This document shows positions 9,180 to 18,142 of a DNA stretch of 64,000 nucleotides, one piece after another (positions within the stretch are counted from its first letter, which is position 1; each line of letters begins with the position of its first letter). The DNA is from an uncultured Microthrixaceae bacterium (GTDB lineage Bacteria; Actinomycetota; Acidimicrobiia; Acidimicrobiales; VFJN01). A program made the translations under genes and the position numbers. Where the stretch lies: contig CAVPEW010000007.1 in NCBI GenBank assembly GCA_963703565.1, positions 5,240-69,239 on the forward strand, written 5' to 3'. The notes beneath the pieces are model-generated. The model was not told where the DNA came from. It saw only the letters and a list, made by a program, of their open reading frames with translations, and searched no databases.

Positions 9180-10322
9180 TCAGCCGATGCGCAGCTCGGC
9201 GCGGTAGCGCCGAGTCGGTGCCAGCTCGTCGTCGATGCGGGCCGCGATCGACGAGAACACCTGCGAGGCCTCGGCGGAGGGATCGGACAGGGTGATCGGA
9301 CGCCCCTCGTCGCCACCCGCGCGCAAGGCAGGTACCAGCGGCACCCGACCCAGCAACGGCACAGCGAGACGCTCGGCGAGCTCGGCGCCCCCACCCGCGC
9401 CGAAGATCTCGTAGCGGGTGCCGTCGTCGCCGGTGAACCAGCTCATGTTCTCGATGACGCCCTTCACCTCGAGGTTGACCTTGCGGGCCATGTACCCGGC
9501 TCGCTGGGCCACCCGCTGCGCCGCCGGCTGCGGGGTGGTCACCACGTAGGTCTCCGCCCTGGGCAGGAACTGCGACATCGACAAGGAGATGTCGCCTGTC
9601 CCCGGTGGGAGGTCCACCAACAGGTACTCCGGGTCGTCCCAGAAGACGTCGGTGAGGAACTGCTCGAGCGCCTTGTGCAGCATCGGGCCACGCCAGATGA
9701 CGGGCTGGTCCTCCTGGGCGAAGAACCCGATGGAGATGCAGCGCACGTCCCCCGCACCCGTGGGCGGCACCAGCATGTCGTCGATGACGACCGGGGGCCG
9801 AGCCACGCCGAGCATCCGCGGGATGGAGAAGCCCCAGACGTCCGCATCGACGATCGCCACGTCGCGGCCCCGGGCGGCGAGCGCCACCGCCAGGTTGGTG
9901 GTCACCGAGGACTTGCCCACCCCACCCTTCCCCGAGGCGATGAGGAGCACCCTGGTGCGGGACGCCGGGTCGGAGAACGGGATGGCCCGACCCTCGGCGT
10001 GACCCTGGGCCGGCTGGCTGCCGGCCGTGGCGGCAGGATCACCGTGGAGCCGCTGGCGCAGCGCTGCACGCTCCTCGTCGGTCATCACCGCGAACTCGAG
10101 GGCCACCTCCGTCGCTCCCAGGTCGGCGAGCGCCGCTCTCACGCGACGGTCGATCTCGGCCCGCAGCGGGCAGCCGGCGATGGTGAGCACCACCTCGAGC
10201 GACACCGAACCGCCAGTCACATCGACGTGGCGGACCATGTCGAGGTCGACGATCGAGCGGTGCAGCTCCGGGTCCTGGACCGGGCGGAGCGCCTCGACCA
10301 CGGCATCGACGGTGAGGGACAT
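9180..10322 (-). CDS. mrp: Mrp/ApbC Fe-S cluster carrier ATPase (N-terminal DUF59 domain plus ParA-like P-loop)
   Basis: MSLTVDAVVEALRPVQDPELHRSIVDLDMV...IAGCPL (DUF59), then IASGKGGVGKSSVTTNLA and the CxxC-type motif region. It is the C-terminal 380 aa of a 1123-aa shadow-extended ORF. ATG at 10322. Confidence 0.9.
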   Translation of the reverse strand: MSLTVDAVVEALRPVQDPELHRSIVDLDMVRHVDVTGGSVSLEVVLTIAGCPLRAEIDRRVRAALADLGATEVALEFAVMTDEERAALRQRLHGDPAATAGSQPAQGHAEGRAIPFSDPASRTRVLLIASGKGGVGKSSVTTNLAVALAARGRDVAIVDADVWGFSIPRMLGVARPPVVIDDMLVPPTGAGDVRCISIGFFAQEDQPVIWRGPMLHKALEQFLTDVFWDDPEYLLVDLPPGTGDISLSMSQFLPRAETYVVTTPQPAAQRVAQRAGYMARKVNLEVKGVIENMSWFTGDDGTRYEIFGAGGGAELAERLAVPLLGRVPLVPALRAGGDEGRPITLSDPSAEASQVFSSIAARIDDELAPTRRYRAELRIG

Positions 10323-10400
10323 CGGGCTCGCTCCTGCGGCTCGGGCCCCGAGCACGCGGTTGGCGGTGGCGGCGACCGCGCCGGCCGCACCACGCTCACG

Positions 10401-10437
10401 GGGGATTAGCACTATGCGTATAGGTAGAATATCGGCG
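10401..10437 (+). promoter_or_regulatory. putative promoter giving a leaderless transcript for the SufR-like regulator
   Basis: Locally AT-rich stretch GGGGATTAGCACTATGCGTATAGGTAGAATATCGGCGTG. TAGAAT (10425-10430) lies 6 nt upstream of the GTG start at 10437, and there is no Shine-Dalgarno sequence. Confidence 0.4.
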
Positions 10438-11159
10438 TGGATCGCCCGTCCCTGTCCCCGCAGGAGTTCGCCTCGGCGGTCAGCTCGATCACGTCGGCCT
10501 TCGGCGACCCGACCCGGCGTGAGATCTACCTCTTCGTGCACCGTCGTTCGCTCGACCAGTCCGGTGCCACCGCTGTCGAGGTGGCACAGGCCTTCGACCT
10601 TCACCCGAACGTGGCCCGGCACCACCTCGACAAGCTCGCCTCGGGCGGCCATGTCGAGGTCGCCTTGGGGCGGGGCGGCGGAGGTGCGGGACGGCCCTCC
10701 AAGCGGTACTCCTGTCCCCGTCCGGACATGTCCCTCGAGCTGGCGATCCGCCACGACGACCTGCTCGTCACCCTCCTCGCCCGCTCCTTGACCCTGCTGC
10801 CCGACGACGTCGCCGAGGCCATGGCCGAAGAGGTCGGCATCGAGTACGGAGCCCGCCTCGCCGCCAACAGCGGCGCCGACCTGCACCGGTCGCTGCGAGC
10901 CGCGCTCGCCGCGGTGGCCGAGGCGCTCTCGGCCCACGGCTTCGACGCCCGAGCCGAGGGAAACCGGGGGGAGCTGCGGATCGTGTCGGGCCACTGCCCC
11001 TTCGGCGACGCCGCGATCGAGAACCCGGTGATCTGCGCCGTCGACCGCGGCTTGGTCCGCGGGATGTTGGGTGCGCTGTACGGGGCGACCGGCGCCGAGA
11101 CGCGCGCGAGCCTGCCCATGGGCGACCATCGCTGCGTGACGGCCGTCGGTTCGGACTGA
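10437..11159 (+). CDS. ArsR-type HTH transcriptional regulator, SufR-like (COG2345-type)
   Basis: FGDPTRREIYLFV...ATAVEVAQAFDLHPNVARHHLDKLASGGHVEV winged helix, then a C-terminal Cys triad (GHCPFGDAAIENPVICAVD...HRCV, C-x12-C...C). Confidence 0.65.
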   Translation: MDRPSLSPQEFASAVSSITSAFGDPTRREIYLFVHRRSLDQSGATAVEVAQAFDLHPNVARHHLDKLASGGHVEVALGRGGGGAGRPSKRYSCPRPDMSLELAIRHDDLLVTLLARSLTLLPDDVAEAMAEEVGIEYGARLAANSGADLHRSLRAALAAVAEALSAHGFDARAEGNRGELRIVSGHCPFGDAAIENPVICAVDRGLVRGMLGALYGATGAETRASLPMGDHRCVTAVGSD

Positions 11160-11174
11160 GCCGCGCTGCCAGCG

Positions 11175-12308
11175 GTGGCCCGCCACTACCTCGACCACGC
11201 GTCCACCTCCCCGCTGCGGCCCGAAGCGGCGGCGGCGATGATCCAGTGGATGTCGGAGCCCGCGGGGGACCCGAGCCGCATCCACGCCGAGGGCCTCCGG
11301 GCGCGCGAGGCCCTCGAAGAGGCCCGCGACGCCGTCGCAGCGCTGCTCGGCACCCGAGCGCGCCAGGTCGTGCTCACCTCCGGAGCGACCGAGGCGATCG
11401 CCGCCGCATGCTGGGGGGCGGCGGAGCGCGGCCTGGTGCAGGTGGTGTCCGCCGTCGAGCACTCCGCCGTGCGCGCCGGCGCCGCCGCGCACGGGCAGGT
11501 GGCCCTGGTCCCTGTGGACGGCGCCGGAAGGGTCGACGCCGGACGGTTCCTGGCCACCGTGGACGAGCACGCCGGGCGGGTGGCGGCAGCCCACCTGCAG
11601 TGGGTCAACCACGAGGTCGGCACGGTCCAACCCGTCGCAGAGGTGGCCGCCGGCTGCCGCGAGAGGGGAGTCCTGCTCCACGTCGACGCTGCACAGGCAC
11701 TGGGCCGGATCGAGATGGACCTCGACGCCTCGGGGATCGACCTGCTCTCGGTGTCGGCCCACAAGCTCGGCGGACCGCCCGGTGCCGGGGCGCTGGCCGT
11801 GCGCCGAGGCCTGCGCATCCGCCCCCTGCTCGTGGGCGGCGACCAGGAGCGGGCGCGGCGCGCCGGGATGGAGGCGCTCCCGGCCCTCATCGGATTCGGT
11901 GCCGCGGCCGGCGCGCTGCGAGCCGCTGGCGTGACCGCCGAGGCCGCGGCCCAAGAGGCTCTCACCGCCCGCCTCGCCTCCGGACTCGAGTCCATGGAGG
12001 GGCTCACCCGCTACGGGGACACCGAGCACCGGGCCCCGCACCTGGTCACGGTGGGCGTGGCCGGCGTCGAACCCCAGGCGGTCCTGCTCGGGCTGGACCG
12101 GGCCGGCATCGCCGCCCACTCCGGATCGGCCTGCGCGTCGGAGTCCCTCGAGCCATCCCCGGTCCTGGAGGCCATGGGGGTCGACGCCCACCACAGCCTG
12201 CGGCTCTCGGTCGGATGGTCCAGCAGCGACGACGACGTCGACGCCGTGCTGTCGGAACTGCCGGTGGTGCTCGACGCCCTGCGCTCTCTGCGACCGGGCC
12301 CGAACTGA
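11175..12308 (+). CDS. cysteine desulfurase (class V aminotransferase, NifS/IscS-like)
   Basis: YLDHASTSPLRPEA...SVSAHKLGGPPGAGAL (PLP lysine)...SGSACASE (active-site Cys loop). Confidence 0.85.
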   Translation: MARHYLDHASTSPLRPEAAAAMIQWMSEPAGDPSRIHAEGLRAREALEEARDAVAALLGTRARQVVLTSGATEAIAAACWGAAERGLVQVVSAVEHSAVRAGAAAHGQVALVPVDGAGRVDAGRFLATVDEHAGRVAAAHLQWVNHEVGTVQPVAEVAAGCRERGVLLHVDAAQALGRIEMDLDASGIDLLSVSAHKLGGPPGAGALAVRRGLRIRPLLVGGDQERARRAGMEALPALIGFGAAAGALRAAGVTAEAAAQEALTARLASGLESMEGLTRYGDTEHRAPHLVTVGVAGVEPQAVLLGLDRAGIAAHSGSACASESLEPSPVLEAMGVDAHHSLRLSVGWSSSDDDVDAVLSELPVVLDALRSLRPGPN

Positions 12309-12358
12309 GGCGCGCGGCGGGCTGCGCGGTCGAAGATGGCAGCTACGATCCGGCCCTC

Positions 12359-12823
12359 GTGACCAAGCTGTTCGTGGTGCGCCACGCCAGGGCCGGGAGC
12401 CGATCGGACCGGTCGCGGCCGGACGTGGAGCGACCGCTCGACCCGCGGGGTCGGGACCAGGCGGTGGCGCTCGCTGCGGCACTGGCCGGCGAGCCGATAG
12501 CGAGGGTGGTCTCATCGCCTGCCCGGCGTTGCTTGGACACCGTCGGGCCACTGGCCGAGCGCTTGGGCCTGGAGGTCGAGGTCGACGACCGACTCGGGGA
12601 GGGCTCGGGGGCCCAGGGAGCGCTCGCGGTCGCCCGGGACCTGCAAGAGGTCGACGCCGTGGTGTGCAGCCACGGTGACGTGATCCCCGAGCTGCTGGAT
12701 TCGTGCGAACGTGCGGGGACCGAGCTGCCCTCGCGGCGCAAGTGGCAGAAGGCGTCGACGTGGGTGCTGCATCGCAACGGCGCCGGGTTCACCTCCGGGC
12801 GCTACCTGCCACCTCCCGCCTGA
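12359..12823 (+). CDS. histidine phosphatase family protein (SixA-like)
   Basis: KLFVVRHARAG...RPLDPRGRDQA...VCSHGDVIPEL. GTG at 12359 is the only start near the N-terminal RHA motif. Confidence 0.65.
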   Translation: MTKLFVVRHARAGSRSDRSRPDVERPLDPRGRDQAVALAAALAGEPIARVVSSPARRCLDTVGPLAERLGLEVEVDDRLGEGSGAQGALAVARDLQEVDAVVCSHGDVIPELLDSCERAGTELPSRRKWQKASTWVLHRNGAGFTSGRYLPPPA

Positions 12824-12886
12824 GCCCCGCCGGAGCCAACGGCTGCCGCCGGGTCGAGCAACATCGTTGCCGACGGGGGCGGCGAC

Positions 12887-13622
12887 TCAGGTGGGCTCGG
12901 TCACCCCGAGCTTGGAACGGATCGGGGCCAGCAGGTCGTCGAGCTCGGCGGGCGGATCGAGGCCGTCGAGCAGGGCGAGCTCGCGTCGGGCCTCGTCCGC
13001 GAGCCCGCTGCGGAAGAACACCACGGCCAACAGCGCGTGCGCGTCGGGATAAGTCGGCGCCGCGGTGGCCGTGTCGAGGAGCTGTGACAGACCCTCGTCG
13101 ACCTCGCCGGACAGGTAGAGGAACCAGCCCCGGTAGGTGCCGGCCTCGGGGTTGTCGCGCGAGGTGCGCAGGATCTCGTCGTAGACATCGATCGCTCCGG
13201 CCAGATCTCCCGCCGCGGCGCGGTTGCGGGCCCGGTTCAGCTGCTCGGTAACCGTCGTGCGGACGTCGCCGGTGATGAAGCCACCCCCGTCGCGTCGGCC
13301 CAGGCCCTGCGCGACCAGCACCCCCGCCGCAAGAGCGAACGCGCCCACGCCGACCACCCACGCAGCGGTGCGCCCCCGGGAAGCTCCTGCGCCGCACCAC
13401 CCGTGCCCGACCGCGCTCCAGAGCGCGCAACACGCCCGCGGCTCGAGCCGTGTAGTCGTCGCGCAGATCCAGGTAGTCCTCGTCGTCGACGTCGCCGGCC
13501 GCGTGCTCGTGCTCGAGGTCCTCGAGCGACCGGAGCAGGAAGTCCCGCTGGTCGGCGAGGGCCTTCAGCTGGGCCGGCCCGAGGCGGCCCTCCGCCGACC
13601 TGACCACCTCCCGCGCACTCAT
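12887..13622 (-). pseudogene. CcmI/CycH-like TPR cytochrome c biogenesis factor, split over two frames (frameshift or assembly indel)
   Basis: The N-terminal part (ATG 13622, ATGA overlap with the ccmH stop) reads MSAREVVRSAEGRLGPAQLKALADQRDFLLRSLEDLE...RGRARVVRRRS. A TM helix plus TPR part continues in another frame: (AAWV)VGVGAFALAAGVLVAQGLG...AAGDLAGAIDVYDEIL...YRGWFLYLSG. The frames switch near the C5 run at 13373-13377. Confidence 0.5.
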
Positions 13623-14077
13623 GGCGCCCGGCTGGAGCGCGCCTGGGCGACCAGCTCCCGGTCGGCGTCGCTGGGCTCGGCCGGCTTGGCGCGCCGCCAG
13701 TGGACGAACGCCGCGGCCAGAGCCCCCAAGCCGGCCACGATCACCAGGACCGGGATGGCCCAGGCCAGCCCGGCGAGGCCCGAGCGGCCCGGCTCGAGCA
13801 GCACCACGTCGGTGTAGCGCTCGGCGATGGCGGCGCGGACCTCGCCGTCGGACTCGCCGGCACTGACCCGCCGGGCGATCTCGGTGCGAATGCTGCGCGA
13901 AGCCGGGGAGTCCGAGTCGGCCACCGACTGGCCGGCGCAGGAGGGGCAGCGCAAGGTCTCCGACACCGCCCTGATGCGCTCCTCGCGGGTGCGGGGTCCG
14001 GGGTCGCCGCCGGCGGCGACGACCAGCGAGACCGACGAGACCAGCGCGACGGCCAACCAGACCAGTCGTCGGGTCAC
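13619..14077 (-). CDS. ccmH: cytochrome c-type biogenesis protein CcmH
   Basis: Signal/TM segment, then the LRCPSCAGQSVADSDSP motif and a second TM. GTG at 14077 forms a GTGA overlap with the ccmG stop. Confidence 0.85.
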   Translation of the reverse strand: MTRRLVWLAVALVSSVSLVVAAGGDPGPRTREERIRAVSETLRCPSCAGQSVADSDSPASRSIRTEIARRVSAGESDGEVRAAIAERYTDVVLLEPGRSGLAGLAWAIPVLVIVAGLGALAAAFVHWRRAKPAEPSDADRELVAQARSSRAP

Positions 14078-14682
14078 GATGCGGCCCCCTCGAACCGTCC
14101 GATGAGTGCGTCGAGCCCGTCTGCGGTGACCCCGCCCACGAGGCGTGAGACCACCGTCCCGTCGGGCGCTACCAGGAACGTCTCGGGCACCTTGACCATG
14201 CCGTAGTCGAGCGCCGTGCGACCGGAGGGATCGATCACGACGGGCCACGTCCCGCCCCGGCGCTCGAAGAAGGCACGGGCCTCCTCCTCGGGGGTCTCGA
14301 CGACCACGCTGACCACGGTGGCGTCCCGCCGAGCCTGGTGGCGCTCGGAGAACGCCACCAGCTCGGGGTGCTCACGCACGCACGGCACGCACCATGTGGC
14401 GAAGAAGTTCACCGCCAGCCAGCGGCCGCGCTGGGCGTCGACGTCGAAGGCCCTCCCGTCGAGGGCCGTACCGCTCACCGCGGGCGCGAGGCGCCCCACC
14501 AGGGGGCTGGTCGCCTGCACCTCGCCCTGGTCCCCGCGGGTGGCCAGGAACGCCACCAGGACCACGGCCACGACCGCCACGACCGCGGCCGCCACCAGCG
14601 CGACCCGGCCCGGCTGCAGGTCCTCCAGCACGACGATCTCGTCGTCGTGCTGGACCTGGTCGAGGTCCGATCCCTCAGCCAC
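14074..14682 (-). CDS. ccmG: thiol:disulfide oxidoreductase CcmG/TlpA/ResA-like (thioredoxin fold)
   Basis: N-terminal TM followed by FFATWCVPCVREHPEL (WCxxC). Confidence 0.85.
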   Translation of the reverse strand: MAEGSDLDQVQHDDEIVVLEDLQPGRVALVAAAVVAVVAVVLVAFLATRGDQGEVQATSPLVGRLAPAVSGTALDGRAFDVDAQRGRWLAVNFFATWCVPCVREHPELVAFSERHQARRDATVVSVVVETPEEEARAFFERRGGTWPVVIDPSGRTALDYGMVKVPETFLVAPDGTVVSRLVGGVTADGLDALIGRFEGAAS

Positions 14683-16708
14683 GGGTGCTCCCGGTGCCGG
14701 CCGGCACCTCGGCCGGCACCTCGGCGGGCACGTCGGAGGCGGGGCGCTGCGAGGGCGCGTCCCGCCGGCGTGGAGCAGGCAACGCAGAGGAGGCGTCGGT
14801 GGGACGGCGCCGCCTCCCCGGCCAGGCGGCCAGGAGGGTGCCCAGAGCCATGACCCCGCCCCCGATCCAGAGCCAGGCGGTCAGAGGCTGGACGATGACC
14901 CTCAGGGTGATGCGACCGTCGGGCTCGCTGGGCAGCTGGGTGATGGTCAGGAACACGTCCTCGCGCGGGCCCGTGCGCACCGACGGCGTGGCGATCGGCG
15001 AGCCCACCTGCTCGAAGCGCGACAGCGCGGGCTCGTACACGCGGCCACCGTCGACCTCGACCCGGGCCTTGGTGACGGTCCGGTTGGACTCCTCGCTCGT
15101 CGTCACCCCCAGGTAGCGGACCTCGTGGCCGGCGACGGAGGCCCGCTCCCCCGGCGCCAGCACCTCCTCGGACTCGCGCACGTAGCTGTTGGACGCAGCG
15201 ATGGCGACCGCCACGATCACCACCCCGAGGTGCACGACCATCCCGCCGTTGGTCCGCCCGACGACACCGCGCCAGCCCTGACGACGTCCCGCCAGCACGA
15301 GCTGGCGCAGCGCGGCCGCTCCTGCGAAGGCACCGAGGCCGAAGGCCACGACCGGTGCCAGGCCACGGGCTCCGGCGGCGACCGTGGCCGCGACCGTGGC
15401 CGCCCCGGCTACCGCAGGCCACAACAGGCGTTGGGACAGCACCTCGCCGGAGGCCTTCCGCCACGGCAGCGCGGGTGCCACCGCCATCAGGAACAGCAGC
15501 ACCAACCCGATCGGCATCGTCATCCGATCGAAGTAGGGGGCACCCACCGAGAGCGGACGATCCTGGACGGCTTCGGCGATGAGCGGGAACACGGTACCCA
15601 GCAGCACCACGAACGCGAACCCGGCGAAGAGCACGTTGTTGGTCAGGAACGCGCCCTCGCGCGACACGGGCGAGTCGATGCGACCCGGCGAGCGCAGCCG
15701 GTCACCCCGCCAGGCGATCAGCCCGAGAGTGGTCGCCACGATGAGGGCGAAGAAGCTCAGCAGCCAAGGCCCGATGTCGGACTCGCTGAAGGCGTGCACC
15801 GACGCGACCACACCCGAACGGGTGAGGAACGTGCCGAGGATGGTCAGCGAGAAGGTGGCGCAGACCAGCGAAAGGTTCCAGACGCGCAGCATGCCGCGGC
15901 GTTCCTGGACCATCACCGAGTGCAGGTAGGCGGTGCCGGTCAACCAGGGCAGAAGCGAGGCGTTCTCCACCGGATCCCAACCCCAGTAGCCGCCCCAACC
16001 CAGCACCTCGTAGCTCCACCACGCGCCCAGCACGATGCCTGCGGTGAGGAAGCCCCACGCCAGAAGCGTCGTGCGGCGGGTCCGCACGAGCCAGCCCTCT
16101 CCGAGGCGCCCGGTCACCAGCGCGGCGACCGCGAACGCGAACGGCACGGTGAAGCCGACGACCCCCAGGTACAGCACCGGGGGGTGGAACGCCATGAGCA
16201 CGTGGTCCTGCAGAAGCGGGTTCGGGCCGGGACCGTCGTAGCCCGCCGGCACCGAGACGCGGTCGAACGGGTTGGCCGGCCCGAGCATCAGGGCGAAGAA
16301 GAACCCGCACACCACCAGCATGGTCAAAAGAGCCCATCCGACCATCGGGTCGGACAGTCGGCGTCGGAACCCCTGCGCGACTGCCACCGTGTAGCCCGAC
16401 AGGATCAGCGCCCAGAGCAGGATCGAACCCTCCAGGGCCGACCACATCGTGGCCACGTTGAACAGCGCCGGGGTGCGCGAAGAGCCGTTGTCGTGCACGA
16501 ACCCGACGGTGAAGTCCCTCGTGACCAGCGCACGCTGCATGGCCAGCACCGCCACGACCGCACCGAGCCCGACCAGCAGCGCGTATGACCGGCCGGCCCT
16601 GAGCAGCTCCGGTCTGCCCTGGCGCAGGCCGACGGCGAGAGTCACCACGCCCAGCAGGGAGGCGGCCATCGCGAGCACCAGGCCCGCGATGCCAAGGGTC
16701 GAGTTCAC
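14675..16708 (-). CDS. ccmF: cytochrome c heme lyase subunit CcmF
   Basis: 677 aa, polytopic, with the WWD-type motif WGGYWGWDPVENASLLPW. GTGA overlap with the ccmE stop. Confidence 0.95.
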   Translation of the reverse strand: MNSTLGIAGLVLAMAASLLGVVTLAVGLRQGRPELLRAGRSYALLVGLGAVVAVLAMQRALVTRDFTVGFVHDNGSSRTPALFNVATMWSALEGSILLWALILSGYTVAVAQGFRRRLSDPMVGWALLTMLVVCGFFFALMLGPANPFDRVSVPAGYDGPGPNPLLQDHVLMAFHPPVLYLGVVGFTVPFAFAVAALVTGRLGEGWLVRTRRTTLLAWGFLTAGIVLGAWWSYEVLGWGGYWGWDPVENASLLPWLTGTAYLHSVMVQERRGMLRVWNLSLVCATFSLTILGTFLTRSGVVASVHAFSESDIGPWLLSFFALIVATTLGLIAWRGDRLRSPGRIDSPVSREGAFLTNNVLFAGFAFVVLLGTVFPLIAEAVQDRPLSVGAPYFDRMTMPIGLVLLFLMAVAPALPWRKASGEVLSQRLLWPAVAGAATVAATVAAGARGLAPVVAFGLGAFAGAAALRQLVLAGRRQGWRGVVGRTNGGMVVHLGVVIVAVAIAASNSYVRESEEVLAPGERASVAGHEVRYLGVTTSEESNRTVTKARVEVDGGRVYEPALSRFEQVGSPIATPSVRTGPREDVFLTITQLPSEPDGRITLRVIVQPLTAWLWIGGGVMALGTLLAAWPGRRRRPTDASSALPAPRRRDAPSQRPASDVPAEVPAEVPAGTGSTRG
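14699..14734 (-). repeat. 12-bp x3 tandem repeat in the 3' end of ccmF
   Basis: GGCCGGCACCTC, GGCCGGCACCTC, GGCGGGCACGTC. This encodes the (VPAE)3 tail DVPAEVPAEVPAG of CcmF. Confidence 0.8.
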
Positions 16709-17193
16709 GGCGGGGAGGCCGAGGCACCGGGGCCCGAGCCGGCTCGCGCCTCGCGCAGGCGATCCTCGTTCTCGGCCTCGTAGCGCTCGCTGTGCTTGAC
16801 CAGGATCTGGTCGCTGGCGAAGCGGTCGCCGTCCCAGTGCCCGCTCAGCACCACGGGGATGCCCGAGTCGAACAGCTCGGGCGTTCCCCCCTGGTGGGTC
16901 ACGGGGATGCTCACACCGTTGAAGGCGATGTCGAACGAGGCTCCGCCCTCGGCGCGTTCGACGGTGCCACCCACCACGGTTCCCTGGACCCGGAAGCGCT
17001 TCGAGCCCAGCTCGTCGTGCTTCGCCGCCGCCTCGTCGGCGTTGTAGAAGTACTCGCTCGCGCTGGTGAGCCCCTGCCAGGCGATCACGCCGACCGCTAC
17101 CAGGGCCACGGCGACGACCACCGCTCCCCGCCGACGCCGGCCCGACCGCCGGGCGGCGGCCGGCTCGTCCACCGTGCGCGGGGTCAGCTCCAC
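16705..17193 (-). CDS. ccmE: cytochrome c maturation heme chaperone CcmE
   Basis: TM anchor, FRVQGTVVGGTVE...FDIAFNGVSIPVTHQGGTPELF...VLSGHW, and the heme-binding HxxxY (KHSERY). I chose the GTG at 17193. The ORF is open to 17289. Confidence 0.85.
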   Translation of the reverse strand: MELTPRTVDEPAAARRSGRRRRGAVVVAVALVAVGVIAWQGLTSASEYFYNADEAAAKHDELGSKRFRVQGTVVGGTVERAEGGASFDIAFNGVSIPVTHQGGTPELFDSGIPVVLSGHWDGDRFASDQILVKHSERYEAENEDRLREARAGSGPGASASPP

Positions 17194-17318
17194 CGGCGGT
17201 CCTCGGGAGGGACCCGACGCGAGAGGTCCCGGCCGCGCCGCAACGTCCACCAGGCGTAGGCCCCGAGCACCCCTGCCGAGGCGAGCCACCCGCCGGCCAC
17301 GTACCCGGCGTGGGTCAT
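17184..17318 (-). CDS. ccmD: heme exporter protein CcmD-like (44 aa, single TM)
   Basis: MTHAGYVAGGWLASAGVLGAYAWWTLRRGRDLSRRVPPEDRRWS: one TM followed by a basic tail, in the canonical position between ccmC and ccmE. Confidence 0.55.
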   Translation of the reverse strand: MTHAGYVAGGWLASAGVLGAYAWWTLRRGRDLSRRVPPEDRRWS

Positions 17319-17332
17319 GGCCACCACGGCGG

Positions 17333-18142
17333 TCACGTCCGCCCCCGAACGGCGCTGGCGACCGGGGAGCTGCGGTGGACCGCCTCCTCGCGCCGCAAGG
17401 AGATCGCCTCGTCGAGGCTGGTGTGGACCGCCCGGTCGACCAGCCAGCCTACGCGGAAGCGGTGCACCATGAGCCAGGCCACGCCCAGGCCGAAGACGAT
17501 GATCCCGAGCATCAGGGTGAACAGCATCGTCCCCTCGATGGTGGGGTCCAAGCGGGTGATGGTGGCCTTCTGGTGCAGCGAGTCCCACCAGTCCACCGAG
17601 AAGTGGACGATCACGACGTTGGGGAACAGCAGCAAGCCGACGATGGACGACCGGCGTCCCCGCTCACCGCCGGAGCCCGCCTCGTCGTCTATCGCACGCA
17701 GGCCGAGGAAGCCGACGAGCATCACGAACAACAGCGCTGTGCTCGTCATGCGGGGATCCCACTGCCACCACGTGCCCCACGTCGGGCGACCCCAGATCGA
17801 GCCGGTCAGCAGGGTCAGCCCGGTCAGCACCAGCGCGAGCTCGGCGGCGGCGCCGCCCAGCACCCACCACCCGTCGGTGCGGCGTCGCAGCCACGACGCC
17901 GATGACACGGTGGTCAGAGCACAGCAGCCGAACGCCCAGATGGCGCTGGGCACGTGGATGTACATGAGCCGCACCGAGTCGCCCTGCACCTGATCGGCCG
18001 GACTCCACCAGAACGAGAACGCGACCAGCAGGGCAACCCCGGCCACGGTCGCCCCACCCAGCGCACGGGTGGATGCCGAGGCGGTGCTCTCGGTGTCGGG
18101 CGGCCGGGCGGCAGCCACGGCTGGGGCGGGGGGCAAGGTCAC
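17333..18142 (-). CDS. ccmC: heme exporter protein CcmC
   Basis: MYIHVPSAIW...WGRPTWGTWWQWDPRMTS (WWD motif)...HFSVDWWDSLHQ. GTG at 18142 forms a GTGA overlap with the ccmB stop. The upstream part of the 490-aa ORF is shadow sequence. Confidence 0.9.
   Translation of the reverse strand: MTLPPAPAVAAARPPDTESTASASTRALGGATVAGVALLVAFSFWWSPADQVQGDSVRLMYIHVPSAIWAFGCCALTTVSSASWLRRRTDGWWVLGGAAAELALVLTGLTLLTGSIWGRPTWGTWWQWDPRMTSTALLFVMLVGFLGLRAIDDEAGSGGERGRRSSIVGLLLFPNVVIVHFSVDWWDSLHQKATITRLDPTIEGTMLFTLMLGIIVFGLGVAWLMVHRFRVGWLVDRAVHTSLDEAISLRREEAVHRSSPVASAVRGRT

Noticed and set aside
9180-12551. 1123-aa ORF on the minus strand
   Set aside because: Only the last 380 codons (from ATG 10322) look like a protein (Mrp/ApbC). 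The upstream 740 codons are Arg/Gly/Pro-rich and lie antisense to two well-supported plus-strand genes (SufR-like, cysteine desulfurase). This is a typical high-GC shadow ORF.
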